From Felis catus (taxonomy: Eukaryota): a stretch of 64,000 nt of DNA. The stretch is taken from assembly GCF_018350175.1 (NCBI RefSeq), contig NC_058368.1:177632001-177696000 (forward strand). Reading direction: 5' to 3'. The stretch's first letter is position 1. Every line of letters starts with the position of its first letter. This document shows positions 10,973 through 23,546 of this stretch, one piece after another. The notes below the pieces were generated by a model. That model searched no databases and was not told the DNA's origin. It saw nothing but the letters and a program-made list of their open reading frames with translations. The position numbers and the translations under genes are program-made.

Positions 10973-13900
10973 GGGACAGAAATAGAGGGTTGGGAGGAAT
11001 GGAGAGGTAAGACACTAGAAAACAACAGACCTAGCTTCAAATCCTGGCTTCACTAAGTAACTGTGTGACTTTGAATAGGTCATTTCTCTGATCCTCTATC
11101 CTTATGTAAACCAAGGTGACACTAACTCCTCAGGGGGCTGCTTTGGGGCATAATAATAGTCACGTGCAGGATTTGGGAAGTCAGATGGCCTTGAGCAGGT
11201 GACTTCCCTTCTCTGAGCCTCCGTTTCCTCATTGGTAGGAAGCAGATAAAAATAGCTGTCTCAGGCAATTGGGGTGAGAAATAAGAGGGGGTAAAGTGCC
11301 CGCACACAGCTGGTGCCCAGTAGATGACAATTAGTCCTGCGTGGGGCAGGCAAACGAGACTTCAGTCTGTGACAGTCTTTTAAAATCAGCCTGGGCCTCT
11401 GACCCAGTGGGTGACCCACAGCCTGGCAGCTACAGAGTGGTCAGCCTGGGAGGCCGGAACATTGAAAGAGTGGCTTCTTCCGCAAGCAGAGGAGGTGGGC
11501 AGAAATTCTAGCAAGTGCTAATTAGGTCTAAGTAGCTACCCCAAGGAGGGGAGGAATGTCTGATTAAGCACTGGCCTGCTCTGCAGGGGGCCACACCCCC
11601 CGGGCTACCTGCCGCCTTTCCTGCTTGCCAGAGCTGGAAACCTCAGCCAGGAGGCCAGGCAGTTCTGGGACAGGACAGCGAGGGTGAGCCTCACCGACAT
11701 CTGGTCCCAACTCCCCCCCTAATGTTTGTAACAGACCCACTACCTAATTGCATAGTTGGGGAGCAGCCGTCACATCTTTCACACCTAATTCACTATTGTT
11801 TCTTTGGAAGCCCCAATCCTGTGCCTGGGGAGGGAGGGTTCTGCCCAAGTTTATGAGGCTTTCAAGCCCCGGGCATCCCAGCCCGGTCTGATTAGGCTCC
11901 AGCTGTGCAGGCAGCCAGGAGGGCATCTCCACCCCAACTTCCTGCACTCAGCCTGGGGCTTCACAGCCTCCCCCTGCCCAGGCTCACCTGGTTTGGCAGG
12001 AACACCCCCAGATACAGCCTCTCCTGGTTGTCATGCCCTCCCCACCCACACAGGAAGGACACCTTATTTCCCTTGCTCCGAGTTTTGGGGCTTTTTTGCC
12101 CTCTCCACCCCCAACGAAGGGACGAAGGCAAAGTGGAAAGTGGGAACAGGGAAACCTGGGTTCAAATCTCACCTCTGTCACTTTTTATCCAGGGACCTGG
12201 GGCCAATCACATTCTTTTATAGGCCTCAGTTTCCCCATCTACGAAATAGGCCTCCTGACACTTACCTTGCCAAGTTCTTGTACCAGTCAAATGAAGTCAC
12301 AGTAATAGCTAGGGTACCAAGAGCTCACTGTGCACCGGGAACCATCCTGAACAGGGTGGGTGCAGAGTGCTAGGATCATGAGTCCATCTAGATCAGATGC
12401 CCAATAAACATCACTTTCCTCTCCTAGACCAGTGGTCGGGGGATGGGTGGCCATAGAGGGAGAAGACTGAATGCAAACAATGGCCAAAGGTGGGGCAGGT
12501 AGAGAGAGCACTCTCATTCTCAAACCCACTTCTCTCCCTTTTGGGGGCCAGTCCCACTTTGCTTGCATGCTGACCCCGTGAAGTGCTAGGGCAAAGCTCC
12601 ATCTTTCCTCACTTCTGGCACTTGGGTCACATGGTACCCCGATGGGGTGAAGAACAGAGGGGTGAGGTCTGGGACCAAGAAACCTCAGCCCTCTCCTCCC
12701 CGCCCTCTGCTTCCTTGGGTCAGAGAAGCAGATTTGGGAAGGATGCTAAGAGGGACCAGACTGGCCGCTGAACTGGCCCTCGACCTCCCTAGAAGAGCCC
12801 CCACTCATCTCCCTTTGCCATACTCCATCGTGTTTATTAATTACTACCATCACTATCCATTAGTCATCTAATGGGCTCTGTCATGAACTCGCTGGGTGAG
12901 CTGGAGCAAGTCGATCTCCCTGTGTCCTGATTGCTTCCTCTCTAAAGCAACGGGGTTGAAGGGAAATGGAGAGAGAAGGCTGCGGGTGAAACACCTGCAT
13001 GGGTGCCTCCCGGCTCTCACTGGGCAGGAATAATCCACAACTCTTTGCTCTGCTGTCTCTTTTGAACAGTACATTGGCCCTGCAAGGTGAAAACAATTGG
13101 ATTGATGAGGGATACTACTCAAGGTCACATAGCTGGCAAAGGGCCAAGCTGAAAATAAACTCAGGGGCCATAGGTCCCAGATCCCTGTACCCTCTGTGAC
13201 ACTGACATCCTGGAAAGGATCCAGGGAAGTAGGAGAGGAGCTGTCATCAGGGGCCTGGGAATGTGGTGTATATCTGCCCCCTCCCTCTGGTGGTTTGGGA
13301 GATGATGGACACCGAGACAGGAGAGGGGAGGCGGGAGGCGGGCAAAGACGGAAACCCTGGACAGGTGCCAGGAGCTCCAAGCTCTAGGAACCAGACAGAC
13401 CTGGGCTCACATCCCAGCTCCATCATGAACTATCTGTGTGACTTCAGGCAAGTGACTCCACTTCTCTGACCCTGCTCTATAAAATAAGGCTAAAAATGCC
13501 CACCTCAAAGACTGTTGGGTAGATGCAGTAAGATTGTGCTTGGTACATAATAGGTGCTCTGAAAAGGCTCCCTACTCAGCGGGACCGTGGAAACACTCAC
13601 TTGGCTCCTCCATCAAGTGAACATCCTCTGACCTCATCCCGTGTTGGGAAATCTTCCCACCAGTCCACTGTGCCTGTCATTAACATATGTCGCATTTGCT
13701 CCAGATATATCCAGAAAGCTCCGTCTAGAGGAAAGCGAGGCTGGGCCCACACCTTCCCCGCTGGAGGGGCAGGAAAAGAAAAGAACCACTGGCCCCATTG
13801 TTCCGGGAGGTGGAGCAAAGGTAGGGTGTTGGGTGGGGGAGACGCCTGCGGCCTGTAAGGGGGTGGGCAGAACCAGCAGCAGAAGGTGACCCAGGGTAGC

Positions 13901-14043
13901 GGTGAGAGCCCAGGTTAGGGCATCAGGCAAGCCCAGCCTGGGAACTGCCACCCTCCTTCACAGAGTAGCCGGAGCAGTCCCTTCACAGTGTAAGGTATGC
14001 CACATGTGGTCCCCCATTTCACTCTGGATAAAAGCCCGCGTCA

Positions 14044-14290
14044 GGGAGCTCCCGAGTGCTCAGTGCCTGAGCAATGCCAAATATGTTAACGACAGGCACA
14101 GTCTTGATTTGGGCTCAGGTCACGATCTCACGGTTTGTGGGTTCAAGGCCCGCCTCGGGCTCTGCGTTGACAGCTCAGAGCCTGCTTGGGATCCTCTCTC
14201 TCCTCTCTCTCTCTGCCCGCCTCCGCTCATGCTCTCTCACACTCTCTCTCTCTCTCTCTCTCTTTCAAATAAACTTAAAAAAAAAAAAAA
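14044..14290 (+). mobile_element. Carnivore SINE with an anomalous insertion in its head
   Basis: SINE body, (CT)n and A tail; see the finding at 13667-14102. Confidence 0.88.
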
Positions 14291-14399
14291 AGCCAAGTCG
14301 TGGTCTGGCCCTCTCCAATATGCTGTCTTCTCCCCCATTCACTATGCCCTACCCCCCTGGCCCCTCCTTATTTCATGACAGGCCTCCAGGCCTTAGCAC

Positions 14400-14716
14400 T
14401 CTCTGTTTCCTCTGCCCAGAATGCTCTTCCCTTCAGTGTCTGCCTGTACCCCCCACTCCAGAGGCCTTCCCTGAGCACTCTATCTAAAATAGCATCCCCA
14501 TCCCCCTCTATCCCCTCACCCCATTTTATTGTTCCCTATTTTATGATTTACCTCTATCTGACATATTTGTATCTATTTGGTTTATTGTCGATTTTCCCCA
14601 ATGGAATGTAAGCTCCATGAGGTCAGGGGCTCTATCTCTAGCCCTTGGAACAGCATCTGGCACAGAGTAAACTAAACACATTTCTTGGATGAATAAATAA
14701 ATGATTGATTGAATGC
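14400..14716 (+). mobile_element. L2 LINE 3' end
   Basis: Typical gaatgtaagctccatgagg...tggcacagagta...gaataaataaatg tail. Confidence 0.7.
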
Positions 14717-16399
14717 TGACTCCACGATTTTCTACCTTGAATCGCTTTGGGCAGGTCATTTCACTTATCTGGAACTTCCGGTGCAAAAGATAGTGCACAC
14801 CCATCTCATAGGGTTATTGTTTAAACTAAATAACAGAGTGTGAAAGGAACTGAGACATAGTAGGTGCTCAATAAATGACAACTACCATCACGGTTATTAT
14901 CACCAGGTGTCTCAGGCTCAGTCACCCACTCACTGAGTCCTTGGACACATTGATGGTCTCTCTGGACCTCAGTCAAGAGTACCCATGTCCCACACTGGGA
15001 TGTATGGTGGATGCCCAGGCAGGGTATGTAAAATACCCAGCAGGGCATCTGAAACACAGTAGGCATTCACCAGGTGGCAGCTACTACAATCCTGGAGAGT
15101 GTAGGATTTGGACACCAGCCCCAGCACTTTCTTATTCTGTGACCTTGGGGAAGCTGCTAAATGTTTCTGAAAAATGGGTATAATGATAGTATCTTCCTCG
15201 CAGGTTGTCCTGAGGTTACAATGAGATGGTGCACCTGAAAGGGCTTCACAAAATCCTAAGGAAATGTGCTGTGACACGCGAGACAGGGCCCAGGGATGGG
15301 GAGGGACCCTGATAATGCAGGGAGGAAGGACAGAACCGGGAGGTGTGCTTGACCCGAGCTCTGAGGTGTGTTGCCGAGGGAGCACACAGTTCAGAAGCCA
15401 AGCCCCGATCCAGCCAGGAGTCCTTTACCAAGATGCTCCCACCCCCCTCTTTCCTTCCTCTCTGTAGGGCCTCACTGGGGACTTTTGGACAGTTTTGGCA
15501 GGAGGAGGTTTCAAGGGAGGCAGGTGACAGCAGCAGGACCCCACAGAAGGCATCTTCCTCTTCAGTCAACCTCCTGCCCAATCTGCTTCCTACCCCAAGA
15601 CCAACCCGGCCTCTTGCCTACCTCCTGGCCAGGCCCTGGGGAAGAAGACCTAGAAGAAAGTTTTAGAGGCAGACAGACTCCTTACATTCCAGCACATGAG
15701 AATCTAAGGTCTTCAGAGTGGACCTGGGCCCTCTGACCCCACTGCCACCAGATGCAGAACAGGGCCCCGCTCCCTCCTCAGCCTGTTTCTGGAAGAATCC
15801 TAGATACAGGCTGCACAAATGACTCAAGCAATAACCCCTAGACTGCAAGCTCCATGATTTTTCGTCTGTTTCAGTCTTTGGTGAATCCCCAGTACCTAAA
15901 ACAGTCCCTGGCACTTGGTAAGGTCTTAATAAATATAGGTTGAATAAGTGGTTCCATCAATAAATGAATGAAGCAATGAATCGGTGAATACGTGACGTTC
16001 CCTGCAGGCTGGAATTTTTCTGGTATGTTCTTTGATACATGCCCAGTACACAGAATAACACAGGAGGTGCCGAGCAAATGTATGTGACCCTATGACTGGT
16101 GACTCCTTGGAATGTAATCTCTCTGAAGGCAAGGATTTCCAGAAGTAAAGATCTCTTTGTCTAAGGCTGCATTCCCAGGGCCTAGAACAGTGCATGGGAG
16201 CACGGTGGGGTGGAAGCAGAGGGGAGTTGGTGGGGTGGGGGCGGGGGGGCAGGGAGTGAATCAGTGAATGAATGAATGAATGAGTGAGGCCCCAGCTCTC
16301 AGCGCAAAGACCAAGAAGAATGAAACACAAACAGGCCACCCTGCCTGAGCTCTGCACGCCTCCCCTCTCCCCGCCTGCCACCACTCACCTCATGGTTTT

Positions 16400-16858
16400 T
16401 TAAATAATTTGTCGATTGTTTTTAATTGTTGAGGCAGTAATACTTGGTTCATGAAACTGCAATATACAGAGAGGTGAAATAAATAGCTTATATATATATA
16501 ATATATATAATATAGCTGGTTTTAAAATATTCCCTTATCATTGGTGTACTAGGTCACGTGAGTCACGGAAGGTCGATAGCAGCATCCTCCAGAACTGCGA
16601 GCAATGCAGGGTCACTTGATTGGACGAGGCCGTCTGTCGTCGGAGGTCGGAGGTCGAGGCGCCGAGAATTCCCGAGGGGCACGCCTTCCCTGCGCGGTGT
16701 CTCGGGACAGCTTGCAGCGGACAATAAATAAATGACTGCAAACCAGAGAGCGATTTTTGTTGGAGATTGGGACAGGGACGGGGGATTGGAGAAGAAGGGG
16801 AGTTTGGGGGTGGGTACTACTTTCTCTTTGTTTTTCTCTTTTTTTCTTTTTTTCTTTT

Positions 16859-16891
<33 letters not shown>

Positions 16892-17274
16892 TGTTTTTGT
16901 TTTGTTCTTTGCTTTCAGAACCTTTGGGAAAAAGGACTTTGGTTTCTCAGAGTGTCGTTTTCCTCATTCAAATCCTCCTCTGGGGACAAGTTTAGAGTTG
17001 TCGGTTCCTAGAGAGAGACAAGCACCTGTGCGTTGACAACAGTCCCTTCTCGTGAGTCTTTTGTCATAGACAGGGGGTTTCAAGTCAACAATAAAATCCT
17101 TATCGCTCCCCCTCCCCCCAAGAGTTTTGGTTCAGTTTTTGTCTTCTTTTAAACACAATGTACAAAAATAGAGCTTCTTCCTAATTTTTCATGTAAAAAT
17201 ATTCCTCTGATGCAGTTCTCTGTGAGTGTGAGTGTGGGCCTGGGGGCAGCCTGGGGGGCTGCGGTGGGGCCAGC
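16400..17274 (-). other. FGF18: FGF18 3' UTR with AU-rich element, A-rich tract and (TA)n
   Basis: Follows the stop codon. Minus strand shows AUUUAUUUAUU at 16733-16723, an A-rich tract at about 16915-16820 and (TA)n at about 16489-16513. Confidence 0.8.
16421..16426 (-). terminator. Probable FGF18 polyadenylation signal ATTAAA
   Basis: The only canonical-type hexamer I found on the minus strand in this UTR; a TGTA element lies upstream at about 16468-16465. Confidence 0.7.
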
Positions 17275-17541
17275 CTAGCCTGGGTGCGTGGGGCGGATCC
17301 GCCGGGACCTCTTGGTCACCGTGGTGTACTTGAAGGGCTTCTGCAGCTCTGCCTGTCCCTTGGGGTAGCGCTTCATGAAGTGCACGTCCTGCTGGTTCTC
17401 CCGGGTCTTGGGACCCTTCCGTGGCCGCCCCTTCTTGGTGAAGCCCACGTACCAGCCAGAGTATTTGGCGGACATCAGGGCTGTGTAGTTGTTCTCCAGG
17501 ACCTTCTCAATGAACACACACTCCTTGCTGGTGCCATCGGG
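17275..17541 (-). CDS. FGF18: FGF18 coding exon 5 (267 nt including TAG, PDGTSKECVFIEKVLENNYT...RPTHPG*)
   Basis: Acceptor CTCCTCCAG|CCC and stop TAG at 17277-17275; total CDS 624 nt. Confidence 0.98.
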   Translation of the reverse strand, partial: PDGTSKECVFIEKVLENNYTALMSAKYSGWYVGFTKKGRPRKGPKTRENQQDVHFMKRYPKGQAELQKPFKYTTVTKRSRRIRPTHPG

Positions 17542-17739
17542 CTGGAGGAGGCAAGAGAAGAAGGAGGTGAGACAGGGAGGGTGGGTGTGAGGGGCAGGCT
17601 GTGTGGCCCGGGTACAGACAGGTGACTGAGGGCTGGCGCAATAGCGTAGAGAGGGCCTGACCTGAGCAACTTCACTTCCTTGGTCTGTGGAGTGGACTTG
17701 TCATGTTGGCCCCTGCCTTCTTCCCTGCCAGCCAATTAG

Positions 17740-18225
17740 GTAATAGATTCCCTCGTCATTCAGGAATCCAGCCCTTCCCCACTCTCTACCCTACAGCCAA
17801 GGGCTCCCACCTCAACTCTGCTAGTACACGAGACCCAGACCTGGCCAATAAAACATTTCTGTGACTGGGGCAGAGCTGGGCATGTGGTATGAGCCATCCA
17901 ATCAGAATGTTCCTAAAGACCCCCGTATAAGCAATCCCCAAACACATAGGCTGATTTAAACACGAGGAAAATGTGAGGCTGAAGCAAAGGCAGCCATTTT
18001 ACCACCACGAGGAGAAACACCATCTGACAACAAAGCCAACACAGAGAAAGTGAAGCCAAGACGAAGAGAATGAGAGAAATCAAGTTCTGGTCACATCCTT
18101 TGGGCTCTGGACCAAGCAGCAGCTGCAGCGCATTACCTCACTGTGATGTGGGCCAATAATGTCTCATTTCCTTTAAAGTAGTTGAGATTATGTTCTGTCA
18201 CTTGCAACAGAAAGAGTCCCCGCAG
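17740..18225 (+). mobile_element. MLT1-like LTR remnant in FGF18 intron 4
   Basis: ggcagccatttt, ctctggaccaagc and ttctgtcacttgcaacagaaagagtcc motifs. Confidence 0.6.
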
Positions 18226-21200
18226 ATGTGCACAAAACCCGATATAAAGTCAGCGACTGCACTGCCACTCAACCCCACTGCCGTATAGTTAATTTCAATT
18301 CCATTTAATATGGGATATGGTGCATTTTAAGTGTTTGGTGTGAAGAGGGGTGGGGACCTCCAAAAATATGAGTTTTTACATGGCCAAACGCTGAAGCCTA
18401 TGCCCTTGGTTCTGAGACTGCAGGCTCCCGAGCAGATGTGTGAACCGCCCAGGAGACAAGGGATGCCAGGCAAGGAGTCAGAAGTTGAATCGACTCGAAC
18501 GCTTCCTCACGTGACCTCAGGCTGGTTAATTCCACTCTCTAGACCTCGGATTCCTCATCTTACCAAACTGGGACGGCGACCCCTGCGTCACAGAAATGTG
18601 AGGAATGACGCTTATAAATGAGCCTCATACACAGCAGGAACTTGCTAAACTATTTCTGAAAAGCAGGTGGTTCAGATGGTTCTGGCCTCCCTCCCTGGAT
18701 CGGCTCTGGACAAAGGATGGTGGGAGGCAGGACTCTGAACCTCCTCCCCGAGACGGCCGGACTGGTCCATGTAGAGGAGTGGGAAGTGCACAGAGTTGGA
18801 AGGCCTGAATTAGCAGCACTTGAGTTTCCAACTAACATCTCCAAATTTAGGCCAGGCCCACTCCTCGTTACGGACGGATGCCCCGCCAAGTTGGAAGCCC
18901 AGCGGTCTGGCCGTGCGTGGAGACTGAGGTGCGAGTTCCAGCCTTTTGTTTGAAGTGGAAAACAGGCTGGAGCTTCCAGGAACGTTCACCTTTGAGTGGA
19001 GGGCAGGCTCGGGCCCTGCAGACAAAGTGCTGAACTTTGCAGAAAGGGACAGGCAGGGTAAGAAAACATTGTCTGGAGGATGAGATCCTTCGAGGAGGCT
19101 GCGGAACGGGCAGGGGGTGGGGCCGGAAGACATGTAGGACCCAGAAGACAGTGCGTGTCGGGCAGCACAGGATGGGGCTGGGCAGTGAGGAACTCTTGTG
19201 ACAGAAGTGGGGCATATGTGCAAGGTAGACGGGAGTGGTCTCTGGGCCCCCCATGGATAATTCTGGAAGCTGCCTATCCAACCTGGGCCCAGGTCCTTTG
19301 GCCAGTCTCCATGGAACAGTGACAGCAAACTGAGCAAAGCCTCTACCGTGCTGGTTCCCCATCACAGAATGCCTGCCACTGCCTGGAAGACTGCTTTCAT
19401 CCTCCAAGGTTCCGCTCAGTAACCACTTCCTCCAGGAAGCTTTCCTTCACTGCCTTCTATCTCCCTGGGCATTTCCTCTTCTTCCTTTAAGACTCCATTC
19501 AAGCATCCAGTTTGAGTGGATTCACGTACTCCATCTTCTTCCCTTGGCACCCATTCCTCCTCCCGCGCCCCAACAGAGCAATTCCATATCTGCCTGCCTC
19601 CTCACTAGCCCAAGAGCTTGAGCAGGTCAGGACCACTTGTCAGCTGCCCGCAGGGCTCGGCACAGGTCCGGGCACCCAGAGCATTTGTGGCCGAACGAAT
19701 GAAGGGTTCTGGGATAGACTCACCAAAGGGCTTTCCTCTAAAAGAAAGTAGCCTTTGCGTCCCAGACCCCTCACTAATGTTCCAGAGACAGTCAGTCATG
19801 AGCCGTGAGAGGCCGTCCTGGGGGATGTGCTGAGAAGGGGACACAGCGAGCAGAGGGCCAGGCCCACTTGGTCTCCTTCCTCATTCATTCACTCATTCCT
19901 TCAGCATTTATCGATTGTCAATTATAGGCCAGACATGTCCACATGCATTATTTCATTTAATCCTCTCGACTTGCTGAGGTAGACTCTCTCTCTGCGAGAA
20001 GAAAAGGGTAGAATGGCTTGCCCAAGGTCATGGGGCTTGTAAGAGGCAGAGCTGGCTTTTAACCTGCATTTGCCACTGCGGCTCATTTCTCCTCTGTGCA
20101 GTTCTGGAGAGGTCCGTGAGGAGAAAGGGTATGGAAGAGCGGGCACCAACTATCAAGGTACCTCACCTCCCCAGGGCCCACACAGCCACCATCAGCATGA
20201 AGCAAGGTCTCGGATGTGCAAGGAGCTAGCACATGTGCTTGTACAGGTTTGGGGTTACTTACGAGAGCCCAAATTCCCAGCACCCGAGACCTCAGGAGCT
20301 CCTTGGGAGGAGCCATGGTGCCAGTGACGGCCCTAAGTTCCCCCCATGAACTCAGACATAGCAGATATGAAGTTAAATGGCAGGCTGCACCGGGGCTTGA
20401 CCCTCACCTCTGCTCCCGACTACCTCCAAGGTCCTGCTTATTGCCTGCAAAGATTTTTTAAAAACAAACACAAAAACAAAAACCCGTGCTTGGGCTTCAC
20501 CCCCAAAAATGCTGACTCAATTGGTTCGGGCAAGGTAGATCATCAGTATTTGCGGAGTGAGTGAATATCCCATCCCAGGACCTGGGTGATTAAGTAGAAT
20601 TTGAGCATCTCTCCCTGCCCACTACCTCCAACCTCCTCCTTTCCAAACCGGAGTCCCATTCCTTCTATTTGATCCGAAGACCGAATCCTGATGACATCAT
20701 TTGGCCCCTAGATCCAGTCTAACTGGAAGCTACAACTACCCCCTGGACATTTTTAGTTTTGTCAGCCAAAAGAATTCCTTTTTCGCTTAAGGCCTTTTGA
20801 GTTGGGTTTCAGTCATCTACAAATGAAACAGTCCTCACAAAGATGGGGTGGTGGGCAGGGTACCCCTCTGCCCTGAAAGGCCTGGGGCCGTATGTTGCCT
20901 CAGCCCAAAGAGGGTTCACCAGGGATCACACAGGGGATTGGGTTGAATAGTCAGAGACGGGGAGGTGTGTGCCTGGCACACAGTGCTTCATACTTAGCAA
21001 CTGTTTATGGAATGAAAGGGTGTCCTCCTTCCCAGGAGTGGGATGGTTGTGGGGTCCAGAAAGGTGACAAGAAGAAAAGGGGCTGCCTGAGCACGCAGGG
21101 GCTCAGCGCAGAGCCTTGGTGTGTGGTTGTTACAACAGAGAAGCTACAGCCGGGGCCCAGAACATCTGAATGGTCTCTGTTGGGGGCTCAACGCACGTGC

Positions 21201-22299
21201 CCTACCAGGGCCAAAGACGTGCAAGGTTGGCACCCACGGCCAAGACCACCCAAGAGAGCTATCCTGTTAGGCCACTCCAAAGGAGCCAGAGCCTAAGCTG
21301 AGGCCACAAAGGTCCTCCTTCCCACAGGTGAGGGAGTAACGTCATGGCCTGGCTTCAAAGGGAAAGAGAAGGAATATTTAGCAAGTGCCAGTAAATGCCA
21401 GCATGATCACTGCCATTTTACAGAGGAGAACACTGAGGCTCAGCAGTTAGGGCACTTGACTCCCCGGCCTGACGTGAATAATTCTGGCGGTAGGTTAAGG
21501 CCAACCTTGGAAAGCATGAACTATTTTTCTACTTCTTTGGTGGGTGCTTCTGAGAGGCCAGGTGCACAGAGCATGGATGGCTGGACCCAGAATCAGCCCT
21601 CGGTGAGCTCTCAATCTCACTGGGAGGCGTAGGCACACAGACAAACGTGACAACTCAGGTTAGCAATAGGTGACAGAGGACTGTGTGAGGGATTGTGGGC
21701 TCCAGGGTGGGTGTGCTGTACGAGGGGCCAGGGAAGCAAGAAGCTGTGGAAGGCGGAGCAGGACTCAGGGCAGATAGACAGAGGGAAGGGCAACCTGGGC
21801 AGAGGGAACGGCTTGTACGCAGCCGGAAGGTCCCGTCCAGGGGGGTGGCAGTTCCCAGTGTTATGTGTCTATGGCTTAAGAATGTGAGGATGGGTGGCAG
21901 GGCTGTGAGGCCAGGGAGACCGCCCCCCTCCCAGGGCCTTGTGTGTCTGTGTGTCTCCCCAGAGAGTGTGGCCTTTCTCTGGTAGATGGTAGATGGTGCG
22001 GACCCAGGGATGGGTTTTGACAGGAGTTGGGGTGGAGGACAGGGGGTGCGCTTTAGAAAGCTGACGGTAGTTAGTGAGCAAAGGCAAAAGCCTGAGGCTA
22101 GCAGCCCTAGGGCAGCTGGGGCAAAGTATGAGGTCAGAACAGAGGCAGTGGCAGCAGTGAAGGACGGACGGGTAACCCCAGGACCTTGGCCCCTGACTGC
22201 CTAGGAGGCTGTGATGGAACAGCACCCCAAGAGCCTGTGGCTTTTTGCCTGGGGGGGCGAGAGGCAGTAAGGGGAGCTGAGCTAGGCAGAGGCCAACAG

Positions 22300-23050
22300 G
22301 GGGCCTGCCCAGGGCCATCCTGGGGCAGGTGGATTTGGGGGGCATCCTCGGGGCCAGCCCAGAAGACGGACGCCTGTACGGGGATGGGGGAGCTGCCGCG
22401 AGGCGGGGGGCGGGAAGGAGGGGGCCCTCCCTGGGCTGCGCCGAGCCGGCAGAGCCAGCGCCAGCTGAACCGTCCCCAATATTAATGACGGGAGAGAGGG
22501 CGAGGGGGCAGGAAATCGGAGCCGGCTCCTGTGGAAGCGGTGACTCAGCGGCCAGCCGGCGGGCGGGCAGGCGGGCGGTGGGCGGCCGGCGGCGGGGAGC
22601 GGGGCTGCTCTTTTGACCCCAGCACGGCCCTCCTGGGGTCAAGCTGCCGGGAAGCGCGCAGACGGGATGGGGGGGGGGGGGGGCGGGGGCGCGGGCACCG
22701 GGCACGGCGGGCTGCCGCGCGCCCCTCCTGGAAGCCGCGAGCAAAGGAAGCCGAGCGTCCAGCCGCGGGCAGGTTGGGCCTGGGAGGCGGCCCGGGCGGG
22801 CAGGAGAACAAAGCGCCTGACGCGGGGCCGGGCAGCGCCGCCACAGGAAACGCACGGCCAGGCCAGGGGACCCGGCGCCCGGCCCGCCCCTGCCCCGATC
22901 CCCTCGCCGGCCGGTCGGCCGGCCGCCCCGGGACGCGGAAAGTGAATCACTAATTAAAACCACTCCCGGGCGTCCCGGGGCCGCGCTCGGCCGATTACTA
23001 TTATTGTGCTCGGTGAGCGAGCGGCTTCAGTCGGTGTGGGCAGTGCGGCT
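22300..23050. promoter_or_regulatory. Intragenic CpG island in FGF18 intron 4
   Basis: About 750 bp of very high GC and CpG density far from the main promoter. Confidence 0.85.
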
Positions 23051-23403
23051 GGAACCTCTGACTTCCAAGCTGGGCTTTGAATCCCCGCCCAGCTGTAGTG
23101 TGGGACCCGGGACAAGTGCCTGGGCGGGGGCCAAGCCTCGGCTTTCTCATCTGCAAAGTGAGGATGGTAGTGGTACGGCCCTCGTGGGATTATTTGGGAG
23201 TATTTTTTGCACAGTGCCTGGCAGAAAGTAGGTGCTCAATTAACAGAAGCTTTTGGTCCTGTTATTATTAACAACTAATAAGCAACAATACTCTGGCCTG
23301 TGACACTCTCCCCAGCCACTAGGGTGTGGAGGAGGGGAAGAAGGAGAAGAGGGTAAGAGTTGGAGGTCTCAGGGAAACGAAACTATGTGTTATTACAGGA
23401 ATT

Positions 23404-23546
23404 GGGGAAAGAGGAAAGAAAAAAGGAGTAGGAAGGGGAGGGGAGGGGAGGGGAGGGGAGGGGAGGGAAGGGAAGGGAAGGGAAGGGAAGGGAAGGGAAG
23501 GGAAGGGAAGGGAAGGGAAGGGAAGGGAAGGGAAGGGAAGGGAAGG
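23404..23546 (+). repeat. Polypurine tract containing (GGGAG)6(GGAAG)16
   Basis: Pentamer arrays at 23436-23465 and 23466-23545. Confidence 0.97.

Noticed and set aside
16820..16915. A-rich tract in the FGF18 3' UTR as a possible poly(A) tail or retro-insertion
   Set aside because: A genomic low-complexity (TTTTG)n/T tract with no TSD or element body; mainly an oligo-dT internal-priming hazard.
21869..22963. 364-aa minus-strand ORF, the longest in the track
   Set aside because: Non-ATG start, low-complexity Pro/Arg/Ala/Gly composition and no recognisable domain; explained by stop-codon scarcity in the CpG island.
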